From Acanthaster planci (lineage: Eukaryota), in NCBI RefSeq assembly GCF_001949145.1, contig NW_019091360.1:4026013-4090012 (forward strand): a stretch of DNA of 64,000 bases, written 5' to 3'. Below are positions 1 to 14,759 of this stretch, in pieces (position 1 is the stretch's first letter; the number at the start of each line of letters is the position of its first letter). Made by a program: the position numbers and the translations under genes. Below the pieces are notes generated by a model. It was not told the DNA's origin. It was given only the letters and a program-made list of their open reading frames with translations, and ran no database searches.

Positions 1-2606
1 CAACAACAAAGTAAAAACTCAAGCTTTATGTTGGTATATTTTTATTTCAAGTGTTAGGTTGGCCAAAACAATTTCAAACTCCAAGGAATACATTTTATTT
101 TTTGCAATAAATTTAAAAGGGTCCTGAATTACCTCTGATGCATTGAATTTTGTTGAGGTCCCAACTTTCTTTTAACGTTAAGTGTCAAATCTTGAAACTT
201 TTGGTTATAAAATTCAATTAAGAAGCCAGAAGCATCTCCAATGAATGCCAAACATGAAGTGAATGATTCCAATTTGTTCTGCCATCTTAAAAGTTTGTAT
301 TTTTTTATTCCAACTGCAGATTGTGAAGGATGAGACAAGATGGACCTTTCGGCATCTGAGATACTGATTGTCAGAATGAAAGATTTCCAAATTGATACGA
401 ATAAAGTTAAATGAAATTGACTTATATGGGCTCTTTGAAATCTTTTAATTACAGTTTTTGATGAGTTCTTGCACTTGATGATCAACTTATTTGACAGAGT
501 AAAATGTGAATGCAAAACCTTGAAACAATTGGAAGTAGGACCTCATCAGTAAAACCCAATGATCAGAGGAGGTTCAATATCCTCTGAACTGTACAGCTAC
601 ATGTAAGTTCAACATTACCTGTTTACTTGAAACACTTGAATTAAAATACACCAACATAAAGCTTGACTTGTAACTTTGCTAGGACGTGAAACTTGACTTT
701 AAACTGACCCCAAAACCTGAGATTTGACAACCACAAATCACACATGTACATGTTTGCAGCGCCAGTGAATAAATTGACAATATACACAGCACTTTGTGTT
801 TTTCTTCTGCTGAATTTTTTTTTTTTTATACAAAACGTACTCAAGATCTGCAGCGCCAAAGATTTGAAAATGGTGAACTAACAACAGAAGCTGACAAATT
901 AACCCTCTTTCTTTTTTGGAATTGCTGCTGCTGCTGCTTTGCATGAAAACTAACCAACATCCGCAAGAATCCTTGCATCTACATGTACATGTATAAAGTG
1001 ACATGAAACATTCTTGAAACAAGAAGAAAATGACTTGATAACAACTCACCCCTTTCTGACCTTCCTGAATTCATTGCTCCGCCGGTCACAAGTACAACCA
1101 ATGTAACATTGATGCTGCCCACCAACCTGTGCTGTGTTCCCTAATGGCCACCGGCACGCGCAGCGAAGTGGAGCAGGTGCCCGGTGACTTCGTCTGATCC
1201 CTGGACCTCCGTTGATGGTAACACGATGAGGGTAGACTGCTGGTATGCACACTCTTGGGAGTTCTGAAATGCAATTTGAAAATGAAGGGAATCATGTAGT
1301 ATTTTGAGAACGTGTGCTTGCACAATCAAATGTAAAACTTGTGAACAGTTTGTTTACACTTTCATTAAAGGGATACTGAAGATGTGTTAAACTATTACAT
1401 TTGAAAAGCATGCAATTTGGTAGTTTCCAGAATAAATTGAGAGAGCAAATATACAAACCAGGAAAGGAATTTGTCAGTGTTCAAGTTTTTCTTATCTGTT
1501 CAGTTCAGATCAAACACCAGGTACATACACATGTGTACATGTACATGTCTTTTTCCTTCCTCCATGATGCACTACAGAAATGTGTTGGCTTTTTGGATGC
1601 TGCTTTTTCACTATTGAAGACTTGGGCCTAATTACATAACATGCCATAAACCAGAAGAAAGGACAGTGCCCAAGCACTGTCTGCAACCAGCTTGAAAGCC
1701 CTCATTAGCCATGCAGGTCAAATTTTGAATTTGAGTAGTGGAAGAGGTCACTGGACATGCCCAATTCTACCAGCAAACCCCTACTTTTGCATTTGACAGT
1801 GTTTGACAACCGTGAATGCTGTAAGGTGCTGAATTCTATATCAAAAAACATTTCGGTGGGTCGGGTGGTGGGCGAGTGAGTAAGCAAGTTGGGATGAAAA
1901 GGGGAAAAAAAAAAATTAAACACAAATTTCTGAGAGCATGCAAACTTTACATTTCCGGGAAAAAGAATTTACAAAGCAAACAGTATACAGAACTAACGTC
2001 TTTTATAATGTCCTAAATTAAGGCCTTCCATGGAAATCACACAGCATCCTCAATGATTTAATAGCACAAAGCTTTCTGGCCAATCTTTAAGTTTTAGATA
2101 TTGCAGGGATGAGGTCGGAGGGATGAGATTGGGGGATGAAGACAAACTTATTCACACAAATTACCCTTCAAAAGGTTTGTTACAATCACGGTACAAGTTG
2201 GTTGTCTTGACGATGATGTGAAATCTTTGGTTGTTAATAGATTGTTAACAATGGAGCAAAGCTCTCACTACAGTACAATGTCGCTATAAACAATGTCACA
2301 ATGGGGTCCACACTTCAATGTTTGGTATCAGAGCCAATTCTTGTCACAGATGTACCCCCTTGCCCTCCAAGGCCCCTGCAAATGTGTGCTTGCCTGCCTC
2401 ACAAATGTGTGTGCGTGAGGATTTAGGCCAGCATTAAAAGAAAAATAAGTTGAAAACAAGGTGATCAGGCAGTATGGATATCTGGTTTGATGTCACAGAA
2501 TCTTTACATGTAAAGACAACGTCGAATAAAGGCTAGAGATTCTATCTTATTTAAATGGAACATAAGGTTTTTCAGTAGAAAATGTTCAGATTGTGGATGC
2601 TGTAAC

Positions 2607-3422
2607 TAAAGCTGTCTTCACATCGGACATTTTTCTGGTAAAACATTGAGACTGTTGTCAATTCGACAAAATTAAATCAAATGCAGAAATTGTCAAGTGT
2701 TGATCGCCAGCTGTACGTTTTACGTTCCCAATGCGGAAGATTTCAGGTCGAAGTGGGTCGCGACAGAATGCATTGTCAATTTTATGTCGCAGAAAAGTCC
2801 TGTGCAGACGGCTAGTGTAATGTAACACATTTGATCACATGAAATCAATTGGCACGTCAATGGGTCGTGACCTCTGTTCCCGCACATGCAACTGTACAGC
2901 TACTGTCATGACCTTGCATAAACATGACGTCAACATTGGAAAATGTGCCACATGATGAGCCCTGCTTCGGTCATTTATCGATTTGTGGTATTTGTAATAT
3001 CAATCAATAAGATGGAGAACACCCAGGAAATGATTTGGAGTTTCTTTTCAGTGGAGCAATATGAAACGCTTGTGTCTACAGCTCTATGACCAGCAACGAC
3101 AACGATGAGGACCGCTCGATTGAAAGATTGAGACACACGTCACACTGTGCAATTGCCAGGTTTGGCCAACAAATCAACTGAGAGAGTTCTGAATAACTTC
3201 GCAGTGATTGAAGGAAAAAGAATGGTACGCTTTCCAGAGGCCATATCTGGGTGTAGGATTATAAGGTCAATCGGAGGGTGCTCTCATGATATTCTGAAAG
3301 CACAACGCTGCAAGGTCTGAGTCATCTTTTTGCGGATGCATGGAAGAAAAGCCATAATGGAATGTTAACAAGCAGTCACGATAACCTTTTACAATTTTTA
3401 GTTCAGTGTGAATGTGGCTTTA
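2607..3422. mobile_element. Possible degenerate PIF/Harbinger-like non-autonomous element
   Basis: Imperfect terminal inverted repeats taaagctgtcttcaca ... tgtgaatgtggcttta; interior not confidently coding. Confidence 0.3.
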
Positions 3423-5598
3423 AATAGTAAACAGGGCAAAGATCGAATCACAGGATTACATGTACAAAATAATGACTTCACAGAACACATTGCTAAATGG
3501 TTGAAAAAGAATATCAGTTTAAGAATTGACTAAGTATTGGTCAGAAAGATGTCCATTTAATTCTCGCAAAAGGAAAAATACTGCAAAAATTGATGGCTTA
3601 ATTTAATTAATAGTCACAAGTCCATACAAGTTTTCATACTGCGTCGGGCAGAACACACAGCATGACTCAGCAGATTATGTTCTTGGCACTGGATGTGCAA
3701 GTGAGGGACCAGTGTTACTTTTTTTTTTTCATTATCTGCAGGTTGACTGTTTTAACATAAGACATGTTTTTATCTGATTGGGACTTTCAGAAAAAGCATG
3801 GATTATGTTAGTGTCGGACATACATTTTTGGGTGTCGGAAGGTACACATCTGGACCTACATTTACTTCACAAAACAAAACAAAAGCTAATCAGTTTCAAA
3901 CTAATAGCTTTCTAAACTTTTCGGAGCAAAGAAAACTCCAAAACTTATTAAAAACAACCGAAAAGAAATTGGATAATGAGGTATTCAATGAAACGGAATG
4001 ATGAAAAATACTGTCCGCAAAGATACGCAAATTTGGCTAAATCCAAAAAGTTAAAACTCTCAAACCTTACAACTCTCAAAATGTTCAGTTTTCTACAGGT
4101 CGCAATCCTCATGATGTTTATGGTTCAAATTAATGAAAAGTAAATCAAAGCTCCTTTCCGACCATGTCCAGTTTGTACTTCAGGGTCCAACTTGTATGAC
4201 GTATGCACCGGGAGGTGCCTACTTTAGAATGTCGTACCATGAATTGGACTTAAAAAGGCTGAAACGTGGGAGGCACTAGAAATAGCGGTCACTTCACATG
4301 GATACTTCCTTGATGGCATTCATGAAAAGAACCATTATTACCCTTCTGTTGTCGGATGTTTTGCCACTTACGTCTTCGACTAAGAATGGGGGATGGTAGC
4401 CTAATGTATCGTACAATTTGTACAGCTCATAATGAATGGAACCATACTGATTTCTTTTGATCTCATGCACTTTGACCAAATTTGTTTTTAATAGAGCAGA
4501 GGGCTTTTCCCCGTTTACTGACACACATTGGGAGAAAATGTTTCCAGAATGGACTTTGTAAACACAGGTACATGTAGTGCTTAATGTTCAAACTGACAAA
4601 GGATCCCCAGGATCACAAATCATCATGTCACTGATGATGGAATACAATGCCAAGAGAAATGCCGTTTTATCCTGATTCAAAAACAATACTGGTACCAACA
4701 TTGAGAATTGACAAATTATCAGTCAGAGAGATATCTGTGTAGCTCCCATTTGGAAAAGAAAATGTAGTACAAAAATGGCTTGCCATTGAAGCTGTGATGT
4801 CTCTATGCAATTCCAATTCATGTGAGGTCAAAACTGATCCTTGATACATGTACATCACTCGGGATTAGGATCAGTAAATGTATATATGTAAATTCAATGT
4901 TTAAGCTTGTACATTTTTTTTCTGCTGGGAGACGCCGAAGTGACCGGACATATCTAACTGTCACTCGTTATCTAGTGCGAAATTCAATGGTTGCACACAA
5001 AACCGGTGATCTATCGGTAAGATCGAGTGTGCACTTTTAGGGATTGTCACATGAAAGGTTGGCTCTATGCAGTATAAGAGACATCAGGTAATTTCTGAGA
5101 TAATCTATCAGATCTAGAAATGACCGATGATGAGTCTGAATCTGAAAAGGCATGTTATGGGATCAAATGTCGAAGCAGAAATCCAATGGAAAACCTAGCT
5201 TTTGGGATGAGGCCCAGCCTCGGTCTACGCTTGTCAAACTTATCAGCCTGGCCCAAAGACAATCTAAACCTGAACCTCAAATCCATTAACAATCCAGAAA
5301 ATGAGTAATAACTTACAGTAATGTCTACAGTGGCTCGGACAGAACCACACCCAGTCAAAATACTTTTACTGGTATCTCACATATTCCAGACCCTGCGACC
5401 ATCGCTCATAGTAGACGACAAAGCAGACAAGAAACTCCATCTAAAGGCCCCAAATCAAATCAAAAGAAGGACAAAGAGCCTGTTCCTGACCAGCTTTCGA
5501 TGGAACTATCCACAGTTGACATTTGAAACACTAACATCTAAGGAAAACAAATCATTTCTCATGTACCCTTACACTTCAGTGAGTTTTCTTATTACAAT

Positions 5599-8230
5599 AT
5601 GGTTCTCATCTTGCAATGGAATGCCCAGTCTTTTACTTCTCACAACAAACAATTTAAAGCTCTATTAAGTCCTGGATCCACAAACTGGATATCATTTGCA
5701 TACAAGAAACCTCGCTTAATATTTAAAAGTAAGATCTTTACGTCCATGGCTAACGCTGTGACGGGGAAATTACTGACCTCAAACAAGGAGGCAGAGGATG
5801 TGCTGTCTTTGTCAAACGTGGAACTGCTTTTAAATGTATTGCTCAGTCAAACAAACAAATTGAGTTTCAAGTAGGTGCATTTTACAACACTGATAAACAT
5901 AAAATCAACATTGTCAATATCTATAGTCCCTGCCAAACTCCTGACTTGTTTTCTCTCACAGAAATCCTGAACAGATGCGACAATCCCTGTATAATTTGGA
6001 GATTTAAACAGTCATAATCCTTTATGGGGCAGCTCCACTTTGGATCAAAACGGACAGATTGATGAAGATCTGCTGGAAGATACAAACATGGTCTGCATCA
6101 ACTCTGGTGAAGGTTTAAGAATTGATACTTCTCACAACAAACTTTCCTGTATTGACGTCACTTTCATGACACTGCGGCTGGCTACTAAGAGTAACTGGCA
6201 CGTTCTTGACGATACTTGGGGCAGCGTCCACTGTCTCATTATAATTGAGCTTAACCACTCTATCTACTCTAATCCATCCATTCTTCATTCCAAATGGTCC
6301 CTGAAAAAAAGCTGATTGGGACAAATTTGAAGAAGCCTGTCATCAGAACATAACTGAACCAAATATTTCCGATAACATTGATGTATACGATAACTTCACT
6401 CAACAACTCCAGTCTGCCATGTCCAAGTCCATACTCCAAACCAATTCTAAGCACCATAAAGCTACCAAACCCTAGTGGATTGATGAGTGCAAAAGTGTTA
6501 TTGCCGAGAAGAAAGAAGCTCTCAAAAAACCTGAGAAAACTAGACTCCCTTCCGATTGCTATATTACAAAAAGACCTGCACTATTGTAGGGAAAACCATC
6601 AATGACACCAAAACGAAAGATTGGGAAAACTTCTGCAATGAAATAAGCCCTAAATCCAACATCAAAACTATCTGAAACAAAATCGAGCGTATTGATAAAT
6701 CCTACGACACTAACAATGGGGAAAAGGCTGAAGCCCTGGCTAATAGTTTTGCCAAAGTTAGTAGCAATGACAACTACTGCCCCTCTTGTATCACCACAAA
6801 GGAAGAAACTGAGAATTCATTCACAATTAACAAAAACAATGATAACATCATCAACAAGTCTGTCACCATGGAAGAGTTAAACTAGGCAACTGATTCTTCA
6901 AAATGCACTTCCCCTGGCAAAGATGGCATCAGCAACAATGTTATCAAACACTTCCCCATTAAAACCTTGAATATCTCCTGATTATCTTTAACTTAATCTG
7001 GCATTCTTCCATCTGTCCAAAGCAATGGAAAGATGCAATTCCCATCCCCATTCTTAAACCTAACAAAGACCCTTGCAATTCATCTTCTTACAGGTCTATA
7101 GCTCTGACTTCTTGTCTATGTAAAATCATGGAACACATGGTTAACTCTCGTCTTTCCTGGTTGTTAGAAATCCACAACCTGCTCTCTCAGTTAAGAGTGG
7201 TTTTTGAAAGGGCCGGAGCACCAAGGATCGCTTTCTGAACCTGGAGTCTTCTTCAATAAAGCAAGATCTAATACAGAGAGCACTCTTGCCGTTCTTCTGG
7301 ATATACATGTAGAAAAGGCGTACGCTACGTTGTGGCGAAATGGAATTGTGATTAAATTACAGTTCCTACGTATTACTGGGAGAGATACCAAATGGATCAA
7401 CAACTTCCTCACAGATCGGAAAATTCAAGTGAAAATCAACAAGTTTCTTTCAGCAGAAAGAATATAGGATAATGGTGTCCCTCAAGGGAGTGTTATAAGT
7501 CCTCTCTTGTATAATATTGCTATTAATGATCTTTCTCACAATGTCAATGACATTACTTTATATGCAGATGACATTGCCCTTTGGAAATTGAACGGAAATA
7601 TCTATCTAGAAAAGAAAATCAAACAACCTCAACACCATCAGCAGTTGGTGTAACAAATGGGGTTTTAAGCTATCGATTGCCGAAACTATTGCTGTTCTTT
7701 TTACCAATAAGATACGAGCCAACATCTCTTTGAATATCAACAGCAAGAAGATTCAACTACAACCTCCGGCTAAATTCCCAGGAGTCACCTTCGACAATAG
7801 ACTAAAACACACACTGACAATGTCATAACCAACTATATCTATTTGCGGCAACACCAGGGGTGCAGACTGCAAAACCCTCTATCACTTGTATGTACTGCTC
7901 TTATCAAGCCTATCCTGGAGTACGGGTGTAAAGTGTTTAATTCGGCATCATCGTCACTCAAAGACTTGATAGTATTCGGTATCAAGCCCTTAAAATATGC
8001 ACTGGTGCTATCCGTGGTTCCCCTCTCTGCAGACTTCAGGCTGAATGTGGGACCCCCCCTTTGGCTCTTCGACGACAGTTTTTATGTACATGTAACTTGT
8101 ATGGAACTAAAATTCATGCTCATGACATTCATCCTAATGATTTCTTCCATCAAGACAACTGGCAAACGCACTACTTTTCTGAAAAATGGTCTTCGTTTCC
8201 TCACAAAACCCCTTTTGAAGCCAGAATAGA
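5599..8230 (+). mobile_element. Decayed non-LTR retrotransposon ORF2 (APE endonuclease + reverse transcriptase), I group (I/Nimb-like)
   Basis: Motifs spread across frameshifts and stops: ILQWNAQS, ICIQET, GDLNSHNPLWGS, SCIDVTF, WGSVHCLI, SYRSIALTSCLCKIMEHMVNSRL, EKAYATLW, GVPQGSVISPLLYNI, LYADDIALW, ILEYGC, ALKICTGAIRGSP..LQAECGTPPLALRR. Confidence 0.93.
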
Positions 8231-8594
8231 TCCCAACACGCAGGCGGTTACACTGGTTCCCACTGCTACATTGGAACTACATGTATAAAAGGCTGGGACC
8301 ATTTAAAAAGTTGCAAAATGATCAAACCCAACAAATACTGAAGTTAATGATAATTTCTAGGAGCTAATTTATGAATCAAAGGCTACAGCCGTCCATATAC
8401 AGCGTATACTCTCTACTTGGTTGAATTTTTTGATGTAGAAATCCTTGCCTTTGTAGCAATGATACAAAGCAAGATTTCTTGTATAAAGAACACCTGTGTT
8501 ACACGTACTGGGTAGCCAGTTTACATGGCCATTCGTACAGTACTGTATGTACATGTAAACCACATGTACCCACAAACGATAGTGACTATGCTGC

Positions 8595-9120
8595 CTGTGT
8601 TAGCCATTGCTCCTTTGCAAGTAAGATTTTTCTTGAAATCTCAATCTATCTTCATCAGTACTCAATACTTTAGTGCTTAAATCTTTCTTTTATAGCAAAT
8701 TTTCAACTTTCCGTAAAAATGTGCAGAAAATTTGAGAGCAAAAGGGAAATTTTGGTTCACCCAAAACTTTGGGAAAGCCATATTCAGTATAGCGGCATTG
8801 TACTGTTGCGGTGCCAGGACATTTAAATCTAGGAACCAATTAGTCTGACGTTCAGGGAGCCAGATTGGTGGAGTGGTACCCACCTCAACCTCCAACCCTG
8901 TGACCTGGGTTCAAATCCCACCTTGGCCGACACGAGGAGCGGAAGGAGGAACCCGAAACACACACAGAAGTGAACAAAACCTCTTGAAATTGGCCAGAAA
9001 ATCTTGTGCTATTAATAGAATGAAAATCTTACCTTTTTTGAAGTCTAAGAACTCTTGTTCAAAATGGAGAGGGTAGCCCTTCTGTTGACATTTATGAAGG
9101 CGGTGTCTCTCATTAACCTG
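8595..9120. repeat. Local duplication, copy 1 (copy 2 at about 15945-16520)
   Basis: Shared colinear blocks: gcaagtaagatttt, aaaa(t/g)tgtgcaga, the SINE head, gtgaacaaaacctc, atgaaaatcttaccttttttgaagtc(t/c)aagaactcttgttcaaa. Confidence 0.85.
8863..8930 (+). mobile_element. tRNA-derived SINE head fragment (second copy at about 16290-16330)
   Basis: A-box-like TGGTGGAGTGG and B-box GGTTCAAATCC; no full cloverleaf. Confidence 0.55.
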
Positions 9121-12100
9121 AGGGAGAATCAAAGAAACAATCGTGCAATTATGAATTTTTGAAATGTGGACAAAAAACAAACTTTCCTGTTGCCTGTGTT
9201 GCAATTTTACGGATCTTTCCAAAGCACAAATACTTCAGAATGTATAGGCCTTCGAAGATGCTACCCAAATAATAAGCAATTTATGGTTTGAAAAAGTGAC
9301 GCCACACAAACTTTGAAATAAGAAACTGTTAATATCAAGTTGACTTTGGAGTTTCATTAATTTTGTCCGTAGTAATTCTTCCAGGTAAATCTGATTTGGT
9401 TTATGTCATGCGAGGGCTTAGTGTATCATTGGCAAGGAAAGATCTGGCATTTGTAGAAACATAAAGTGAAAACAAATATTTATAAACATACAATCAATGC
9501 AGTTTGTTAAACACAAAAAGGTAATATCGGACCATAAACTAGTCCCCAATTGTTATGGTTGTCCCAATATCAAATTTACCACTGCCATGACAATGCCAGA
9601 AAATATCACAATATCTATCATATCGTCAGCTGTATACATTCAAAAGTCATCAGAGCTTTTTTTTTTTTTCAATCCCTGCATAGCTGTAGTAATAGTCTAA
9701 TATCCTATGTCAATAGACTACATGTACATGTATATGCATCAGAAATGTTAAACTCCCATCACACACAAACATGATCTATGTCCTCAAAAAAACGCACAGT
9801 ATGGACAATCATTTTGAGATCATCTATATCGTTGTAAGAACTCAAAGGGAACTGATAACAAAGTGGAAGGGGGCTTCATGGACGGGACGGTTGTGCCCAA
9901 ATTTTGAGCATGTTCAAAATGACGTAACAGGGAGCTTCAAATTGCAGTGACAGCGATGCATAGTCTTGGTGTTTCAGTCTCATAGTAGGATCTTTAGACG
10001 TGGTACCCGGTACAAGCACAGTTCAATGAGGAAGAAGTTTATGCTGTTCCCACCAGAGAATGGATCGGGCTCACTGTACCAGCCAATACTACTAAAAAAA
10101 GTTCAGGACTACTTTTTACATGTATTTTGAATATACCTTTTTTATATTGGATATATTACAGCTGAAAATGTATATTTGATGTTTTCTAAATAAAAAAAAA
10201 TTATTCCAATGAGAACACCATCTAGACAAACAAAAAATTTAAGAACTAGACCCCACTCACTGCTTAAAAAAAAACTACAAGAAAAACTGGTCCTTAACTT
10301 TTTTTGAGTAGTGTGCATGGGAAATACTGGGAATCATGACAGCAGCTTGCTGCAAGGGTACTGCAAGTTATGCACAGATGGTATATGTAACAATATACAT
10401 GTATTGCAATCATACCATGATCTTAAACATCGTCATACAATCATACTGAAGTCCTGTACATCATGGAACAATCCGACTGCATCTTAGCAGAGTCAGGACT
10501 CATGCCCAGTCTAATTGTGCTGAGAACGTAAAGTAAACTTCACAACATGCAGGCAATGCAGTAACAACCTAGTATAATCTGGAGAGAACAATTTTTCACC
10601 TAATTTTCCTAGTTTCATCCCGTCCTAGCCACGTTTTAATGAAATTATACATTTTAATGGGTTCTTCCTGATCATCGTCAGAGTGTGATGTGGGCATTGG
10701 CCACTCTTACCATGTACATTGTACATGTGGTGATGTGTGGGAAGTATCTTGTCTTTTAGTTTTATGTCAGCATTGCTGATCATCAATATTCCTTTGAATT
10801 GAAACCAACGTCACTTGGGTTTCAATCGAGCCCAGGCTGACACAAGAAGTAGTACGGCCATGATAGGAGGATGAAAAGTGGCCATCCATTTTTCTGCCAT
10901 CAAAACAGTAGGAATGCAGATGTTACATCTTTGTACATGTAACACACAATTTGTTAATTTTCTACATTTCTGCCCGCTCAAAAGCAAGAACAAACATTTT
11001 GTGGTAATGCATTTCTCTATTTTTCTGCTTCCAGAAAAGCAGAAATATGGAGGAAACATTTGGACATCAATTAGGCAGCCAGAAAGTCCTTTCAGAAAGG
11101 CTTAAAGGAGGACCAAACGTTTTGACAACAACCGTGAATTCTCCTTCTCGGCTTGATGTTTGATATCGGAGAAGCAGATTTTATTGGTACATAGGCGGCT
11201 GAAATGTGGCCATCTGCTTTTCTGCCTTCCAAGGTCGTGAACGGGCCCGTGAACCTGTAGGTTACAACTATTTCCTTTCTGGGAGATTGAATACGTAGAA
11301 ACCAATTATTACGGTCCACCCTATCTTTTGTGTCTATTGGATGTACATTGTAAAATCGCTCTGGTTTATTTCACTTGAGATGCCATTTTCTCGGCCTTAC
11401 AGGGACACTGATGCTGCCGTAAGCAAGTGGTCCCGAGGAAACATGGTTAAAGGAACTAGGAAATAGAAATGTTTTTATACATTTTACTAAAAACCCTTAA
11501 AATTGCATCTTTGGGTTTCAATTAACTTTATTTTAAATTTTTGTTTTTCAATTTTAACCCATATTTTGATGCTTTTTGGTTTTATGCTAATGAATATTTG
11601 CATATTCCTGAACAAAACTATAATGTCATCCAAGGCACTAAATCTCAATGTTGTACTGATTTGTGCACAGAAAATTCTAGATCTTTTTAACCACTGCTAT
11701 GGCAGATTTCATTTTCTTTGGCAATTTACATGTATTGCTGTATGGGTCCATGTATATGGCAATAATCCAGCAAAAATCCTTTTCACAGAAATGTTTCCAG
11801 ATAGCAAATTTGGGGTTCACAATTTGAACATGAAAACATGCAACCTGAACCATGTCTTCCTGGATTACATGTACATGAAAATGCCCTCACTTGTCCAGAA
11901 ATGCTTGGTCAATTTTTAATGTTTGTAAAAGTGCACCGTTCAGTTCACCTAAATCAAAAAAGATGTCAAACCGTCTTCATACATGGAAGAAAAGTACAGA
12001 GATTCACAAAAATTGATTCTAAGAAAAATTCATTTCCTGGATCCTTTAAGTACATGTGTTCATGCGTTGTGTGACCCATTAACAATGTATATATTTCTCG

Positions 12101-14014
12101 CTGGCTACATATTTGTGTGTGTGAGTGTGGGGATATCAAAGTCCCCTTAACCCCCCCCCCACTGTGCCTGTCTCAAATGTGACATATGTGTGGGGCATAG
12201 TGAGGGTTTCATAAAAAATGTGGGTGAAAGAACTCTGACACTTTCCTTATAAATTAAACGATATGTCTAATTCGAAAAGTATTTGGCAAAATGGTAAAGG
12301 AGAAAATTATTATTGGGTGGGTTTCTCAATGGTGCGGCTGATCCCCAAGGCTTGGCTGGTTTTGTTTGGTTTCTACGTCTTGCAATCCTCCAGAAAGGAA
12401 ATGGTCGTAACTTACAGGTAACTTACTGTTATGCGCATGTACATGTATGTGTAGTTTGCAGTAACAAACTTGTATGCACTAACATGCGCAATCCAAAACT
12501 AGGAAAAGATATGAGTTCGGTTTTCAACAAAATTAAAAAAGGAATGGAAATTCTAAAAGTCTTTTTGATCAAACAGACATTAGATGCAAGAGTTTATGCA
12601 ACTGTTGAGTATGACGAAAGTACATGTATGTGGAATCACACAAAGTGGCTGACCTACTACTCTGTAATGTTTTGTTTTGATTTTCGACGAACCGTTCCAA
12701 ACTTTTTTTTTCCAGAAATTTTCAGAGAACAAAATTTGTACAGAAAGAGAGTGACATTTTTCCCTTCAAATAGAACTTTTCTTAGAATAAAGTACTGAAG
12801 AACAGCCCCAAATGAGGTATGGTAAGGTAGGTCGCACTTCAAATGACCCAGAACTAAATTGACTTCTTTTGACTCTCTGACCAAAACAGCACCCATATTT
12901 ACGAATGGGAGTAACCACCGGGGGTTATGTGTTGGTCAGTTTTCAGCTAATGTTCAAGACTGGCTCAGGAAAGCCTGCAGCCATTCTCCTGAGCTGGTCT
13001 TAAATGCATGTTTACATGTAAGACTGGCCAAGTACATGTACATACCGTATTTACTCCCTTCATAAACATGTACATGTAATTCTGATAAAGTGGCGGCAGC
13101 GGTAGTGTGTGCGCTTATTTTCCCTCTTATTGTAAAAGGCTAATGGAGTAACGATCAGTTCGGAAGGGGCATCTGGAGTGGAAAATTTTTTCTTAGTCTC
13201 TGAGTTGTGAAAAGATAATTAAAGTTGGAAGCTTTGCTTCCACATTTATTCACACTTTGTACACACAATACAAAGCTCCCCCCATACATGTAAGTTGTTA
13301 TCGCAGAGGTGCACCTGTTATCATTACTGCAAGGATACACTGGCATGAGAGGAGTCTTCCAAAATTCTGACCTTTGGGAAAGTGTCTACAAACTCCTGAC
13401 AAGTCATGACTGGGATGGAAGACTAGACGTCTGTAAATATTTACATGTGCATACATGAGGTACATGTAGCTGGTATCAGGCGATCACTCGACAAAGAAAG
13501 CAGACATGTGTTGACCAGCGACCACACGTGAGCTACATGTACATGTATGTATCACTAGTGGCACTGGTGAAGTGGGATTTCGAGCGAGCCGTTTGAAAAA
13601 TGGTGGAAAAAGTGTGGACAAAAATCGGGAACCCTTGTTTTTGTTGACTGAGTGCTTACACTTAACAAGGACTGGCAGACCTAATCATACGAAGTTTTCT
13701 GAAGGTAATGCCATTTTGGGGTTTTGGCCTTTTAAGGTACAGTACATCGCTATAATTAATTTTGTTCAGAACCCACGTGAGTGGCGCAAGCAGCTCCACC
13801 AGAGCTACATGTACATGTATGTGGGCCCTTCATGTACATAGTGGCAGGTGGAAGTGGAACCCTACATGAAATTGACTGGCTTGACTGTTCAAGGGTCAGG
13901 AACCTTTCTTAACTCTAAATTCAGATTTACTGAAATATTTTCTCTATTCCCTATAGTGTCTGACTTAAGATTTCACACTAGCAGCAAGACATGCTTCATG
14001 AAAAGATCCCCTAA

Positions 14015-14759
14015 NNNNNNNNNNNNNNNNNNNNNNNNNNNNNNNNNNNNNNNNNNNNNNNNNNNNNNNNNNNNNNNNNNNNNNNNNNNNNNNNNNNNNN
14101 NNNNNNNNNNNNNNNNNNNNNNNNNNNNNNNNNNNNNNNNNNNNNNNNNNNNNNNNNNNNNNNNNNNNNNNNNNNNNNNNNNNNNNNNNNNNNNNNNNNN
14201 NNNNNNNNNNNNNNNNNNNNNNNNNNNNNNNNNNNNNNNNNNNNNNNNNNNNNNNNNNNNNNNNNNNNNNNNNNNNNNNNNNNNNNNNNNNNNNNNNNNN
14301 NNNNNNNNNNNNNNNNNNNNNNNNNNNNNNNNNNNNNNNNNNNNNNNNNNNNNNNNNNNNNNNNNNNNNNNNNNNNNNNNNNNNNNNNNNNNNNNNNNNN
14401 NNNNNNNNNNNNNNNNNNNNNNNNNNNNNNNNNNNNNNNNNNNNNNNNNNNNNNNNNNNNNNNNNNNNNNNNNNNNNNNNNNNNNNNNNNNNNNNNNNNN
14501 NNNNNNNNNNNNNNNNNNNNNNNNNNNNNNNNNNNNNNNNNNNNNNNNNNNNNNNNNNNNNNNNNNNNNNNNNNNNNNNNNNNNNNNNNNNNNNNNNNNN
14601 NNNNNNNNNNNNNNNNNNNNNNNNNNNNNNNNNNNNNNNNNNNNNNNNNNNNNNNNNNNNNNNNNNNNNNNNNNNNNNNNNNNNNNNNNNNNNNNNNNNN
14701 NNNNNNNNNNNNNNNNNNNNNNNNNNNNNNNNNNNNNNNNNNNNNNNNNNNNNNNNNNN
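14015..14759. other. Assembly gap (others at 16884-17534, 23646-24010, 25648-25954)
   Basis: Runs of N. Confidence 1.

Noticed and set aside
129..515. 128-aa ORF and the many other 60-160 aa ORFs in introns and intergenic DNA
   Set aside because: No recognisable domains or splice support; many are alternate-frame or antisense shadows of real exons.
2378..2435. Minus-strand hairpin followed by ACA, as an H/ACA snoRNA
   Set aside because: No H box or 5' hairpin upstream.
4140..4860. Short minus-strand ORFs 4294..4524 and 4667..4858 as a decayed transposase
   Set aside because: Coding-like, but I recognise no motif; needs BLASTX.
8863..8930. tRNA gene (also B-box-like motifs at about 16310 and 49960)
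   Set aside because: Pol III boxes only; no acceptor stem or complete cloverleaf, so treated as SINE remnants.
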